Shown here piece by piece: positions 1 to 12,324 of a DNA stretch of 64,000 nucleotides. Source of the DNA: Phyllosticta citribraziliensis (taxonomy: Eukaryota); NCBI RefSeq assembly GCF_038025025.1, contig NW_027117351.1:620001-684000 (forward strand), given 5' to 3'. Within the stretch, counting starts at the first letter, position 1. Every line of letters begins with the position of its first letter. Both the position numbers and the translations under genes were made by a program. Below the pieces are notes generated by a model. That model did no database searches. It was not told the origin of the DNA and saw nothing but the letters and a program-made list of their open reading frames with translations.

Positions 1-98
1 AGGGCTGTGATGGTGAGTGGGAGTGGCAGATGAAGTTGGTGGATGGTGCGTGTTGGCTGGGTGGTTGGCGGAGTGGTGGCGGCATCAAAAACCATCAT
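1..98 (-). CDS. Possible start or exon of a minus-strand gene running off the window edge (MMVFDAATTPPTTQPTRTIHQ...)
   Basis: GCC-ATG at 98 is open to the window edge, with a branch-like ACTGAAC and CAG acceptor near 123-125 just upstream. No recognisable homology, and a second frame (ATG at 85) is also open. Confidence 0.2.
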   Translation of the reverse strand, partial: MMVFDAATTPPTTQPTRTIHQLHLPLPLTITA

Positions 99-950
99 GG
101 CGAGTCGACTGGCTGCTCTAAGCTGCATTGGCGTGGTTCAGTATGCATTGATGAGATTTACGATCGTGGCCAGCACTCTCACGCGCGAGTCCAGTCGTTG
201 GAAGGCAAGACAGCTTGAACTGTGCAGGCTAGAAGACGAATGACGTCGAAAAGACTGACACGCTTCTCTTCCTTTGTTTTGGATTTCTGGATACTTCCAT
301 TGTTGTCCATGTCTCCTTGTCCAGAGCAGAGAAGCCAAAAGAAAGGCATTGATCGGCGTGGGCTACGGTACACTTTTCACATATCATTCAGAAGTAGCGT
401 CAAGACTTGTGATCACGATGTGCCAACCTCGTCACTTCCAAAACACAACATCAACACTCAAAGCCTGCCTCCTCATGATAGTACAATCGATGGTACCACA
501 CCAAAACAACGGCCCATAACTCTATCTTTCTTTTCCTCCCCATATCTCCAGCCCTCTCCTACTCCTCTCCTTTCGCGGATGAACACCGCGACACCAGCAT
601 CACCTCACCCAAGCACGCAGACACGAGGTGCATGGCGCGAGAAAAAGCATATTGATTCCACTCCATCCACATCCACATCCACACATCTCGACAGTGCGTG
701 CGGTGTGGAGACAGCAGAAGGAGGGTGTCTGGCTATCTCGACTGGCTGAGACTACTACCGGAGGAGCAGACCAAGGGGCAAAGACGACAAGCAAAACTGC
801 AGAGGCGAGCACCCATGCAGATATCCCGCGGCCCTCCGCAGACGCAGTGGCCGCTGGCGCGGCGAACCGCTTCGAGATGCTGTACTTGAGGGAGGAGAGA
901 GCGTGATGGGCGTGGGCGTGACGCAGAGCAAGGGACCGTTGGCGCCAGAG

Positions 951-1037
951 AGACAGGCAGACAGACAGGGAGGTAGACAGACAGACAGACAGACAGGGAG
1001 GTAGACAGACAGACAGACAGACAGACAGGCAAGCAGG
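951..1037. repeat. Compound (CAGA)n microsatellite with a duplicated GGGAGGTA interruption
   Basis: Read directly: agacagacagggaggtagacagacagacagacagacagggaggtagacagac... Confidence 0.9.
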
Positions 1038-3715
1038 TCGTTGGTAGACAGCAGGGATGGCTCTTCCGCGAAAGAACTTCGGCTTTTCTAGAAACTTATT
1101 ATTTCCTTTTCTTGCGTTGCTTGTTCTTCTCCTATGCTGAGGGGGGAGGAGTGTGTGGCGCAATGGACGGACGGCCTGATGGCTGCCTGCGTACATGCAC
1201 GCATGCATGCATGTATGGCACGAGCAGCAGCGAGCGCGAGCGCTTCGTGATGTGTGAGAAGAGTGGCTGCGTCTGATCTGCTCCTGGGAAGGATTCGAGT
1301 ATGGTGGTGGTAGGGCAAGTGATGGTCGGCGTGATTGATGGAATGATGGACAGGAAGTGCATGCAGGTGTCTTAGCAGGACGAACCGGCACATCTGAGCT
1401 TGTTGGATTGGACGGTCTCAAGAAGTACTCGATATTCAAACGTCGTTGTTGTCATTTTCTTGACTGTAGTCGCTCAGCTTGTCTCTGTATAGAGCCAGTG
1501 TAGATACGAAAGTGTCTTCATTTTTCCAACTGACGCCGCGTAAAGCGAGCCATGCGATTGGATATAGACTAGGCGAATCCTAAATCTGCCATCCTGCGTA
1601 CCAGTCACATTTTCTCCAACGATCAACGCAAGACCCAGAAGGGGGGGCGGGTACCTTACAGCCCGTCCGCATTGCAGCTGCGCCTAAGAAGCGCTACTGT
1701 GTAGAATGCAAGGCGACGAGTTTTCCCCTTGCTTGATGGCATTCCCAGGGCAACGTCCGCTCAATCTGGCGTGCCAACACAACCCCGGGAGCGTGACAAT
1801 ATGCGTCCCGCGGCGGTCGAATAGGCAGTAGGCTAAGCATTTGCCGCCGTGGGGTTTGCGGGAGGGTAGCTGTCAATTAGGGTTTGGTAAGTAGATTAAT
1901 GGGTTCCCCATGCGGAGACCTCGACGCGATTCGGCTGCGCTGCATTGCGTCAGCGGCGCAGACAGGTAGCGGAAACACTCTTTTTTCGAAGGGACGGAAG
2001 AAGGGGATGTGATAGACGCTCGGGACAAGCGTTGAGAGAGCAGTGGGTCTGGTCGTGATGTGAAATGCAAAGGGATTGTGGCGCTCGCAACGGGGGCAAG
2101 CAAGTGGAAGCGAGTTTTCCGGGCGCACTGGCGTAGGGCTGGACAGCTTGACTTTGGTGGCTGCTTGGTTGTGGCGACGCGCAGGATGTGGGTGTACAGA
2201 CAGTGCTTCCCGTACGACACCAACGAAAAGGGGGCGTTGTTCTCGAAGGCGCCGGGAAGCACTTGGCCTTGTTTTCCGTCTCTACGGGCTGTCGTTATCG
2301 CGCTCGGTGCTTCTTTTTTGTCATGCATGCTCCGGGGTGGTTGATGAACGCTGGAATAGGCGTCCAATGGTGTTCTTTTTCTCGCTTGTTGGTTTCGCGC
2401 GTAGACGTTGTTTCTCTTCACCTCTGATTCCTTGCTTCTCTGCGCCGTTGCTTTTGGCTTCGAAACGGTGTGATGCTTGAGCCGATCATTGACCAAAAGT
2501 GTTCTTTGCTCGCTTCGATATGCGTCGTGGTGAGACAGACCTACGTATTTGACCAGGCGAGGTGTGAACGACCTTGGCTGCATGGATTTCTTTGGAGGCT
2601 TGCTATAGCGACCGACTCACAACCTGATTGTCATGGAGCCCGGTACTAAAGTCCAAACAGTCCTTTGCCGGATACTAGAAGGGCTGAAGTGCCAGGTTCG
2701 AGCTGCGCTGTGCTTGTGGAAACCGGAACGCTTCGCGTATCATCACGTGCATCAGCCATGCATCAGCCAGTCGGGCGAGTGCACGCTTGCTCTAGAGTTC
2801 GACCTTGGATTGCCTTTTGGATGGTGTTGCAAGTACGGCATTGCGGTCTCGGGGCTTTGGCCCAAATAGGTAGCGCGACTTGGGTTGGCCGAGACTTTTT
2901 CACTTTTTATCGTTTTATCTTTTTGCCGTTTTTTTTAACCTTTAATTTTGTCGAGCTGCTTACCTCGTATGGCATCGACAGCACATGTGGCTTGGGTTTG
3001 GTCGGACATTGCGGTTTGTCTTCTTATAAAGACTCTTCAAGCACAGCGGCGGGAGCACAAAAGGGTAGGACGACCACGCGAAACACGACAAACTTGCTGT
3101 TGTGCCAGCGAGGAACGCAGCGCTAGTTGCATGGCCCCAGGCGGCAACGAAATGCGGTGCAGGCCCGTATTCAAATATCCCTTGTTCTGGAATTCTTTCA
3201 CTCTTTGGGACGACAGCACCGCCCCTTGGTCGCGCAAAGATCGGAGCTGTGCAAGCTTGCGAAGTAAGCACTCGGGGGCTGCGCAAAATGTTTGTCGCGA
3301 GCATCACGTTTTCAGCGGCGGAGCGTTGACGCGCCCATGGCCAAGGAGCGGGTCGGAAGGGCCGGCGGCAGGGCGCAGAAGCGTGGGGTTAATTGACGGG
3401 AAAGTAATGGAAGCTTGCCCGGATTGTCAATTAGCTGTTCAGCCAAAAGGGCGGCGGTCCAGCCTAGACTTGGTTAGCCAGGCGTTGGAAGGGCGGGGAT
3501 GTTCGCTGGGAGGGAGAGCCACGGCAGGAAAATTGCAAGAATTTTGCAGCGGCGGACAAAGCTTGGCTCTCAGCGAGCAGGCAAAGAGTGGTACGGTAGA
3601 GAGAGAACCGAAGCTGCCCGTGGTGCATGGAGTGACGGGAGTCGATGGGATGATGTAAGCACCGGCAGACTGGGTGCATGTGCGTCTTGGAGATGGTTGG
3701 AACTGGAGCCTCATG

Positions 3716-3838
3716 GGTTGACGTCAACCGCGTGGGGTGTTGACGTCCGCCAAAAAACGGTGCATGTCGGCCTTCAGCCTGCCATGGTAGTCGTACGGCG
3801 TAGGTCGGGCACATGTACTGTAAGCAGGCCGTGACTCA
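3716..3838. promoter_or_regulatory. bZIP site cluster: CRE palindrome GGTTGACGTCAACC and Gcn4/CpcA-AP-1 site TGACTCA
   Basis: Perfect 14-bp palindrome at 3716-3729 containing TGACGTCA, TTGACGTC at about 3740, and TGACTCA at 3832-3838. Confidence 0.4.
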
Positions 3839-3936
3839 TGCAATGGTACATGGTGGGTGATGGTGCCCAGTGAGGCGGCCAAGACTGGGGTCGAGAGGGG
3901 TGTTGGGTAAGGTAGTCGGTGGCGAGTCGAGAGTGG

Positions 3937-3952
3937 GAGAGAGAGAGAGAGA
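3937..3952. repeat. (GA)n microsatellite
   Basis: Read directly. Confidence 0.85.
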
Positions 3953-4856
3953 GCGAGAGTGGAGTGGAGATGGGGTTTGCTGTCGACGTTTTGTTTCGAG
4001 CAGTAGGAATGAACGCGGGGACAATGCCAGACGAGACGGGATCAAAGTCGACGGTTATTAGCAGAGACTGGAGTAAGGTATTGTACCGGGATGGCGGGAG
4101 AGAGGCGTTGCGAGCGAGCGTGTGGGTGTGGGTGAGGGTGAGGCGGGGAGAGTACCCATGAGGGAGGGGAGGGCATTGTTGAATCAAAGAGAGAAGGAGA
4201 TGGAAGTAGAAGATTGTTGGAGAACAAGTGCCGTGGTCATGGTGGTGAGGACCTGAGTGAGGCCTGGTCTGGTGGTGGTGGTGGTGGTGCTGCTGCTGCC
4301 GTGGGCGTCGTCTGATGAGTGTGCAGTGCAGTGCAGCCAGGTGGGTGCTAGCCGAGAAGCCGGAGATGCTCAAAAACTTTCGTCGACCGAACGCCCTTTC
4401 ATCATCACCACCCTCTTCATTCTACGAAGAACCCAACCACCCTCTCCTCGCCGCGACGGTCCTTCTGCCCCTGCACGAAGAGACCGCCCCAGACATTTCG
4501 ATCAGCCCTTCGTCTGTCGAAATCGTCCCTCCGCCACTTCGGCAGTCCGCGCGCTGAGCACGTCGCCCGCGTCCCACACACGTCGGTCCAGCCCATTCGT
4601 GCGCTCCGAATTTCCATCACCCAGGTGTCGACCAAGGTCCACGCCCGTCCCTCTCTTCATCGTCCGTTTAGCGCCCTGCTTTTCGTCGCTACCCTCTCCG
4701 CTCCGCTGTGCTGTGACGGCCTTTGCTCCTCGCTGCCGCTGGTTCGACCGCATTTTTGCGCATTCGACCCGACCCTCGCCCTCAACCTCACCTCGTCACC
4801 ATCTCGCACCTCGACCACCCACTCCTCTCTCCCCGCAACAACCGCCAAACGGATAA

Positions 4857-7800
4857 ATGACAAGCCCTAATCCAAAGTCGGTTCCCACAAACAACGCCGC
4901 GCAGACCGCCAACGCCGCTTCCAACAACCCTTCCGGAACGACGTCGCCCTCTGTCGCTGGCGCCGCTCAGCCCATCGCCAAGTCCTACGCAAGTGCTGCG
5001 ACAAAGAAGGCCGCTTCGCCTCCCGCGATCGCCTCTAGCAGTCCTCAGGTGGCGGTGGGTAGCAATGCGGCAAACGTGAACGGCAAGGCTCAGAACCCGT
5101 CTGCCGGTCCCCCGCCCATCGCCAATGGAGCACCGTCCCACGGACGCAAATCCTCAACCATGACCATCAGCGCCGCTGGTACCACGGGTCCTATGTCCAA
5201 CAATGGCAACGCTCGCCCCAACATTGCATTCGGTGCCATCAATGCTGGCGGTTCTCCTGCCATCGCTCACAGCGCCCCCCACGCTCCTCAGAACAACGCG
5301 ACTCCCAACCCGAGGATCACATCTCCTGCGACATCCCCCTCGCCCATCCCTCAACCTGCTGCCAGCGGTGGTCGTCCTCCCTCCGGCTTGCAAGGCCAAG
5401 GAAACGGCCTGAGCTTCGGTTCCATGGGCGGTGAAAACGTCGGCGCAAACGTAAGTCGTAACCCTCTTTTTTTTTTTTTTTTTTTTTTCTCTTGCAGCCT
5501 CGCTCGTGTAATCGCACACGCTGACACCCAATCCTCGCAGCCTCGACCCGTCTCAATGCCCCCGCAGGGCCCTCCTATCCCGCAACCGAACCACTTGCGC
5601 CGCGAGTCTTCGCAGTCTGCTCACAGTGACATGAGTAACGCAGCTAGAAACTTTGTTCCTCAAGCTGGCCGTGGACGAGGCTACAGCCAGGGCTACAACG
5701 CACCTTCGCCTGGCCCACGGTTCAGTCAACCGATGCGCGGCCCCATGCCTGGCCAGTTCCAGGGTGGTGGTCCCATGGGATCACCCTACCGCCAGAACCG
5801 CAGTCCTGCCATGACTCCGGCAACCATGACCTCTCAGGCCCAGTTTGCCAACCAGCCGCAAATGCCGCATCCTTATTACCCGGGACAGTTCCAGCCAAAT
5901 GTAACTATGCCACTTTCCTCAAACGTCTCTGAAGTCAGCGTTTTTCAAGCCGCGGTCGATTCGACGCCGGCTAGTCACCAGTCTCAAAACTCAACCATTT
6001 CAACTTCAAGTCTCTCAGCAAAGTCTGCTTCCTTCAACTCAAGTCAACGTCAAAACCAACTTGAGCAAGAGCTTTCGACTAGACTTGATTCTGTTCCCGA
6101 CTTTCTTCCAGAAAACGGCGGTTTCGAAGACTTTCTGACAGTGTTAAAGGCGCAGAACTACTACGGTATGCACCCACCAGCGCATCTTGACCCGACGTCG
6201 TTCGGCCCCTACTATCAAGGCGGCTACACCATGCACCCGGGCATGGCCTACCCAGGCGCTCCCGCTCCTCCCAGCCCGCGTCCGATGAACCACCCGACGC
6301 CCCACGGGCAGCCGTTTGTCCCCGGCGCCCAGTACGCGCCGCCACACGCACCTGTCATGTCTCGCAACAGCTCGCAGGTTTCTGAACGCCCTCCTTCGAC
6401 TCTTGGCCAGCCTCAGACGCCCTCGATGGCGCCCGCCAGCCACTCATCGCACACTCCGACTCAGAGCTCTTCCTCCCCCGCACCCTCTTCCTCGAACTTT
6501 ACGATACCCGCGCGGACCAAGAGCAAGGGGATTGTCATCAAGAACCCCGAAGGTGAGGTTGTGACGTTTGAGAAGAAGACTTCATCTCCTGCACCTCCGG
6601 CTCCGTCCAAGTCGCCCGTCGTCGTTTCTTCCACCCCTACTCCTCCGCCGCGCGCCCCTAGCGCCTCCGACTCGAGCAAGTCTCAGCAAAAGACTGAGGC
6701 AGAGAGGCGGGCCGAATTCCAAAAGGGCTTCCAAGAGCAAATGCGCAAGACGATGGTCGCCGACGAGGCAGCGGAGAAGGCCGAAAAGGCCAAGGCTGAA
6801 GCCGAGACGGCAAAGGCCACCAAGGAGAAGGAAGAGGCCGATGCAAAGGCTGCTCAGGAGGCCAAGGACAAGGAGGCCGCTGAGATCGCTGCAAAGGAGG
6901 CCGCTGCAAAGGAGGCTGCAGCAAAGGAAGAGGCCAAGAAGGCCGAGGAGGAGCAGAAGAAGCAGGAAGAGGAGAAGAAGCAAGCCGAAGAGAAGGTCAA
7001 GGAGGAGGAGTCCAAGAAGGCTGCTGACGACAAGGCCGCCGAAGACAAGAAGGCCGAGGAAGAGCGCAAAGCCAAGGAGGAGGAAGAGCGCTGGATTGCA
7101 GAGCTCGAGGCCGCCGAGCGCGCAGAGGAGGAGCGTGAGAAGGCGTACCAGGAGAAGAAGAACAAGGCAGCCGAGGAGGCCAAGGCAAAGGAGGCTGAAA
7201 AGGCCGCCATGGCCGACGAGGAAATGAAGCGTCTCGAGCGCGAGGCCGAAGAGCGTGAACTCGCCAAAGAAAAGGGCACCGCGTCCAAGGACGAAGAGGA
7301 GGCCAAGGCCGAGGCGCAAAAGCTGTTTGCCTCCCTCAAGAAGCCATCTCTCGGTCCCGCAGCCGATGCTGCTGCCGCCGCCGAGTCGCAGACAGCCACT
7401 CCTGTGTCTGAGACAGCTTCCATGCCACCTCCAGCCCAGCCTGCGTCAAAGGTGGCTGCCGCCATCAAGTCCAAGCCTGCTGCCCTCAAGCTCGAGACCC
7501 GCAAGCCCATTGAACCCCCTGCTCCAACTCCAGGTATGCAGGCTCTCAAGTCGGCTCGCTTTTTGCAGGTCCAGAGCCAGGATATCAAGTACCCCGATGG
7601 AATCAAGTCTCCCAACCCGGCTCTGAACCAGAGCACCAAGGGCGGCCGCGGCTTGAAGTACGACAAGGACTTTTTGCTCCAATTCCAGGAGGTGTTCAAG
7701 GAGAAGCCCTCGGTCGACTGGGACACCAAAGTCAGGGAAACGGTCGGCGACGGCTCCGACTCGGCCCGTCCTCAGTCTGCGCGCACCCCCTCCGGCATGG

Positions 7801-9613
7801 GCGGCAGGGCAAACTCTCGCCCCATGGGCATGCCCTCTGGTCTTGGAGGACCTATGGGCAGCTTTGCACAGGGAGGTCGCACTCTTCCACCGGGCACCTC
7901 CTCGCAGCAGCGGTTCGAAATGTCTCAGGGCATGGGAACTTCTCGCCCGCCTGCTGTTGCCAACCCTCTCGCCGGCTTTCCTGGTCGTCCTGGAAGCTTC
8001 CCCATGGGTGGCCCCGTGCGCTCTGCATCTTCATACAACCCTGCAGCTAGCTCGCCTCGCTCTGGAAGCGGCCGTAAGAACGCCAGTCGTGCGGGCGGTC
8101 GTGGCCCGAGCAGGCGCGACGAAGAGCAAGCCGCAAAGAACATGCCGCTCACTGCTGGTTTGGATCTGAAGCCTCTGCAGAGGTCCCAGTCTGGCTGGGT
8201 GCCAACTAGCCTTACGCAGCCCAACACCACAGTCAACCCCGGAAACTTGGCTCCTGATGTTGTCCAGAGGAAGGTCAAGGCTGCTTTGAACAAGATGACG
8301 CCTGAGAAGTTCGACAAGATCGCCGACCAAATCCTTGAGATTGCAAAGCAGTCTGAGAATGAGAGCGACGGCCGTACGCTGCGTCAAGTCATTCAGTTAA
8401 CCTTCGAGAAGGCCTGTGACGAAGCGCACTGGGCATCCATGTACGCCAAATTCTGCAAGCGCATGTTGGAGACGATGTCTTCCAACATCAAGGACGAGAA
8501 CGTCCGCGACAAGAATGGTAACCCCGTCGTCGGCGGCAACCTGTTCCGCAAGTACCTCCTGAACAGGTGCCAGGAAGACTTTGAGCAGGGTTGGGAGTCC
8601 AATCTGCCCATGAACAAGAAGGAGGGCGAGACCGAAGAGGTCGCCATGCTCAGCGACGAATATTACGTTGCTGCCGCCGCCAAGAGAAAGGGTCTCGGTC
8701 TCATCCAGTTCATCGGTGAACTCTACAAGCTTGGCATGCTTACTGTCAGGATCATGCACGAGTGTGTCATGAGACTTCTCAACTTTGAAGGCATGCCCGA
8801 CGAGTCCAACGTCGAGTCTCTTGTCAAGCTGCTGAAGACTGTCGGTGCCAACATGGAGGCCAACGAAGCTGGTTCACAGATGATCCGCGCCTACTTTGAG
8901 CGCATCGAAAAGGTCAAGGACATGTCTGGTCTGCCCAGCCGTCTTCACTTCATGTTGCTCGACCTTGTTGAATTGCGGAGGAAGGGCTGGAGATCGAAGG
9001 ACGACGCCAAGGGCCCGAAGACGCTCCAGGAGATTCACGCAGAGGCCGTGGCCGCTCAGCACGCTGCCGAGCTGGAAAGGATGCGCAACCCCCCGCGAGG
9101 CGGCGGTGGCCGCCCTCCTGTGGGCCGCGGCGATGCTCGTTCGTTCTCGGGCGCTGGCAACATGCCTCCGCCGGACTACAAGCACAACACCCTCGGCATG
9201 GACGATCTGAGGAAGCTGTCCAAGAACGCTTCTGGCCGCACTGCCAGCTCCGGTCCCAGCTCCTTTGGCCCGTCCTCTTTGTTTGCCGGCCGTAGCAGCA
9301 GCGGTCGCAGGAACCTGGGCCCTGGTGGTGGACTCAACAGGACTGGCGATGAATCTGGTGGCTCCTCTCGTACCGGAACTCCTCCTGTGAAGGACAAGGA
9401 ACCCGCTTCCACGCACCACGTCAACTCGTTCAGGTAAGCTTGACACCATCCAAATTTCCAACATATAGCTGACATGTCAATAGTGCGCTCGCAGCTCTCG
9501 AAGGCGGTGAAGATATCGCCAACGAAGCCGCCTCTCCGGAGCCAGCCAAGGTCCAGTTGGCGACCGATGCTGAGAAGAAGGAAGCTGGCCAGGCTTCCGC
9601 CAACCAGTCTTAA
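4857..9613 (+). CDS. eIF4G: Eukaryotic translation initiation factor 4G; exons about 4857-5450, 5541-5900, 6150 or 6156-9433, 9484-9613
   Basis: eIF4E-binding motif YDKDFLL and MIF4G domain (VQRKVKAALNKMTPEKFDKI...FEKACDEAHWASMYAKFC...GLGLIQFIGELYKL). Introns are GTAAGT..CTGAC..CAG (5451-5540), GTAACT..CTGAC..AAG/CAG (5901-6149 or 6155) and GTAAGC..CTGAC..TAG (9434-9483). The last exon reads SALAALEG...ANQS*. Confidence 0.96.
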
Positions 9614-9842
9614 GTTCTTCATTCGATTCAGCATCCGCTCTTCTACGGAACGGCGGCATTCGTGTCTGGTAACTCGATTCCCTATTCTGTTGCATAGACC
9701 GGCTTGCGCATCTGACGGGCTGCATTTCCTGGGGTCTCCTTCAATTCGATGTGTTTCCAAGAAAAAGTTTCTTCCCTTTTTTCGGCACGGGCTGGGGTAA
9801 AAAGATTGGTCGCTGGTTTTCTACACCTTTCATGCACCTTTT

Positions 9843-9864
9843 TCTCTCTCTCTCTCTCTCTCTC
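9843..9864. repeat. (TC)n microsatellite in the eIF4G 3' region
   Basis: Read directly. Confidence 0.85.
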
Positions 9865-11787
9865 TTCCTCTCTGCGATGAATTCATGTACGATGGGCTCC
9901 TTGGGGGCGTTAATGGCGGGTTGGTTTCTCTGCAGCTTCTTTTCTCTACACCCTTTGCCAATAATCATGGTTTCTGATTGATTTTGCTTGCTTGCTTGTT
10001 TGCCTGTTTTTTTCTCATCATGCAGAGGTGGGCAGTCGTCTTGAGCGGTCAGTGTATCAGACGACGACCCGAGAAGCAAGCGCTGGCCCACCAACTAACG
10101 TGGTGGTTTGCCACTGTCTTCTTCTTCTGTTTTTTCTCTCTCAGACCTGACACGCATGCCAAATCTTGTCTTGTCTGACTCGAAGACCGCACACGTTCCG
10201 TTCATATGTAGGTAGCTGCCGCAGACACAACAACAACAACACCACATCCCCGGTCACCCATCTTGCATTCGCATCAGCATCAGCTGCACACCCCCCACCC
10301 ATGGCGCGCCGCATTCTTCTGATGCACTGCACGGTCTGGAGCTTTTGCAATTGGCTTTCTCTCAACCACGCCGGTTCTCCCTCGCCAGCCAGCCAGCCGG
10401 CGACTGACCCGCGCTCTGCCTGGCTCCTGGCTGCGTGTTTGCCGGCAGCAACTGGCCACGTTTCCTTCCTGGCCCCCTTTCCTCAGCCGCCCCTTTGGTA
10501 CGCTCCTCACCCACCTACCCATCTCACAACCTCCAACCGACTTTTCGTCGCGTTGGGCGCGGGTGGGCGGGCCCGTGGATACGTTAACCAGTCTACTCCC
10601 GCCCTTTTTTCCGTTACCGCTTTTCGCGTTCCAAGATCAAAATGCAGTGTTCGACCGTTCCATCCCCGGCTCGTCGTTTCCTTACTTGCTTGCTTGGGCC
10701 TGTGTGCCTGTGTGCCTGTCTTCCGCTGTATAAGGCTCTTGTCTTCGTTGCTCCTGTGTTCTCCTGTTGTCCCTTTTTTTTGTCTAGTTGTTGGGCTGGT
10801 TAGCTATTACGCATATATATGCATGTATGTATGAGATGTTTGTCTGCCATGATGCGTGGGCTCTTGGTTTGTTGGTGTGGCGGTGTGTGGTGAAATGACG
10901 ATGAAATGATAATGACGATGCCTTGTCTTTACTGCATCATGAGCAGCAACCCACGTAGCAGGCAACAGGCAGACAAAAGTCAACTCCACAGACTGCTACA
11001 AGTAGCGGTCGACGCAAAGTAGACCGACGTCACTGTCGCCACGATACACGTCTGACGTCCGCCCGGCACACACGCACTAGCTCCGTCTCATCAACCTCCC
11101 TCCTCCTGTCTGCCCTCCCCCTCCTATCGCGCCTCCCCTGCCTTTTCGAGGTACGTCACACAGTAGCAGCCTGGTCATTGCCGTGTTTCGCCTCGGATGA
11201 CAACGTCATTATTGTACGTTACCGCTGCACCTAGCAGGTAGGTAGGTAGTCGCCGATGACACCAGACGTTTGCCTGGATGCATCACCACGCACGCAGTCA
11301 CTCACTCATTGCTTCGATCGATTGTTTCGTGTTTGAAAACCAGGCCAGGCTACGAAAGAGTGTCTAGTATACGAGAGGGTACGAGCGAGGAGAGTGTGCC
11401 AGGCAGGCAGGCAGACGAGCTAGAATGACGGCAGAAGAAACAGAGAGCCAGAAACCGGAAGCAGGGCTGATGACGCTGCCTGCTGCTGCTGCCGCCGCTG
11501 CTCCAAGGTGTCAGTTTAGTCGATGCTGAGTGTATAAAGTGGTGTGCGGAGCCGCGAAACGTGTTTATCTCACTCCTGCCTGTCTCCTCTTCTGTGTGCT
11601 GTCTACCTTACCTACGTATCTACCTACCTACTTTGCATACTTTGCATACCATTGGCTCAAAAATTTTATTCGACTACGATTCACAAACGAATTGCGAACC
11701 TCAGAGCATCATTGCGAGCCTCAACAGCGGCTTTATTTTGACTCGATTCGACCAAAAACAACGAATTCATTTGTCCAGTAAACGAAA

Positions 11788-11993
11788 ATGAGCCTGACGC
11801 AACAACCCAACGTCAACAAGAAACACCACCACGGTAGGCTGCTCCCTTGTCCCTCCCTCCATCTCTCCGACGAATACATCGAACGTTTCAATTTTCTACA
11901 TGTGCCTAGCTAACACCACCAGTGCCGTCGGTCATCGCCGTCGCCGTGGGCGATGCAGTCACCGTCGTGTCGAAGGGCAGGAAGAGTGCGTGA
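11788..11993 (+). CDS. Putative spliced 38-aa microprotein MSLTQQPNVNKKHHHVPSVIAVAVGDAVTVVSKGRKSA; exons 11788-11833 and 11923-11993
   Basis: TATAAA at about 11534, an ATG-free leader, AAAATGA start context, and an intron GTAGGC...GCTAAC-ACCACCAG with canonical branch point and acceptor. Splicing gives an ORF ending at TGA 11991-11993. Confidence 0.55.
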
Positions 11994-12324
11994 TATCCCC
12001 TTTCACGGTCTGCATTTCCTCGCTCTTGCGGCGCTGCTGCCATGGGCGAGCGAGGCGTGCGGAATGGCGATGATGACTGACGATGTGTAGGTGTGGAACA
12101 TGCGACGACCAAAGCTGGTTCGAGAGTCGTGAGAGGGGGTGTGAGGGAAAGGGGGCATGCGGTGGGAGTGTGGATGGACAAGTTAGAGTGGAGGGACTAC
12201 GCATAGGGCGTGAATGTGCTGCGGTGGCTGGCTTGATTGAGCATTCCTGGAGCGCATGGTTTTCCAGCGGGATGTCTTGGAGTTAATGGATTTTTAATTG
12301 ATGCTGATGAAGTGTTTAAGCGCT

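Noticed and set aside
600..2583. 279-aa and 236-aa minus-strand ORFs
   Set aside because: They span microsatellites or low-complexity DNA and lack codon bias and recognisable motifs.
4257..4856. 199-codon frame ending in TAA directly before the eIF4G ATG
   Set aside because: Non-ATG start in a C-rich leader; the in-frame stop excludes an N-terminal extension.
6568..7729. Arg-rich and Leu-rich alternative ORFs inside eIF4G
   Set aside because: By-products of the Glu/Lys/Ala low-complexity helical region.
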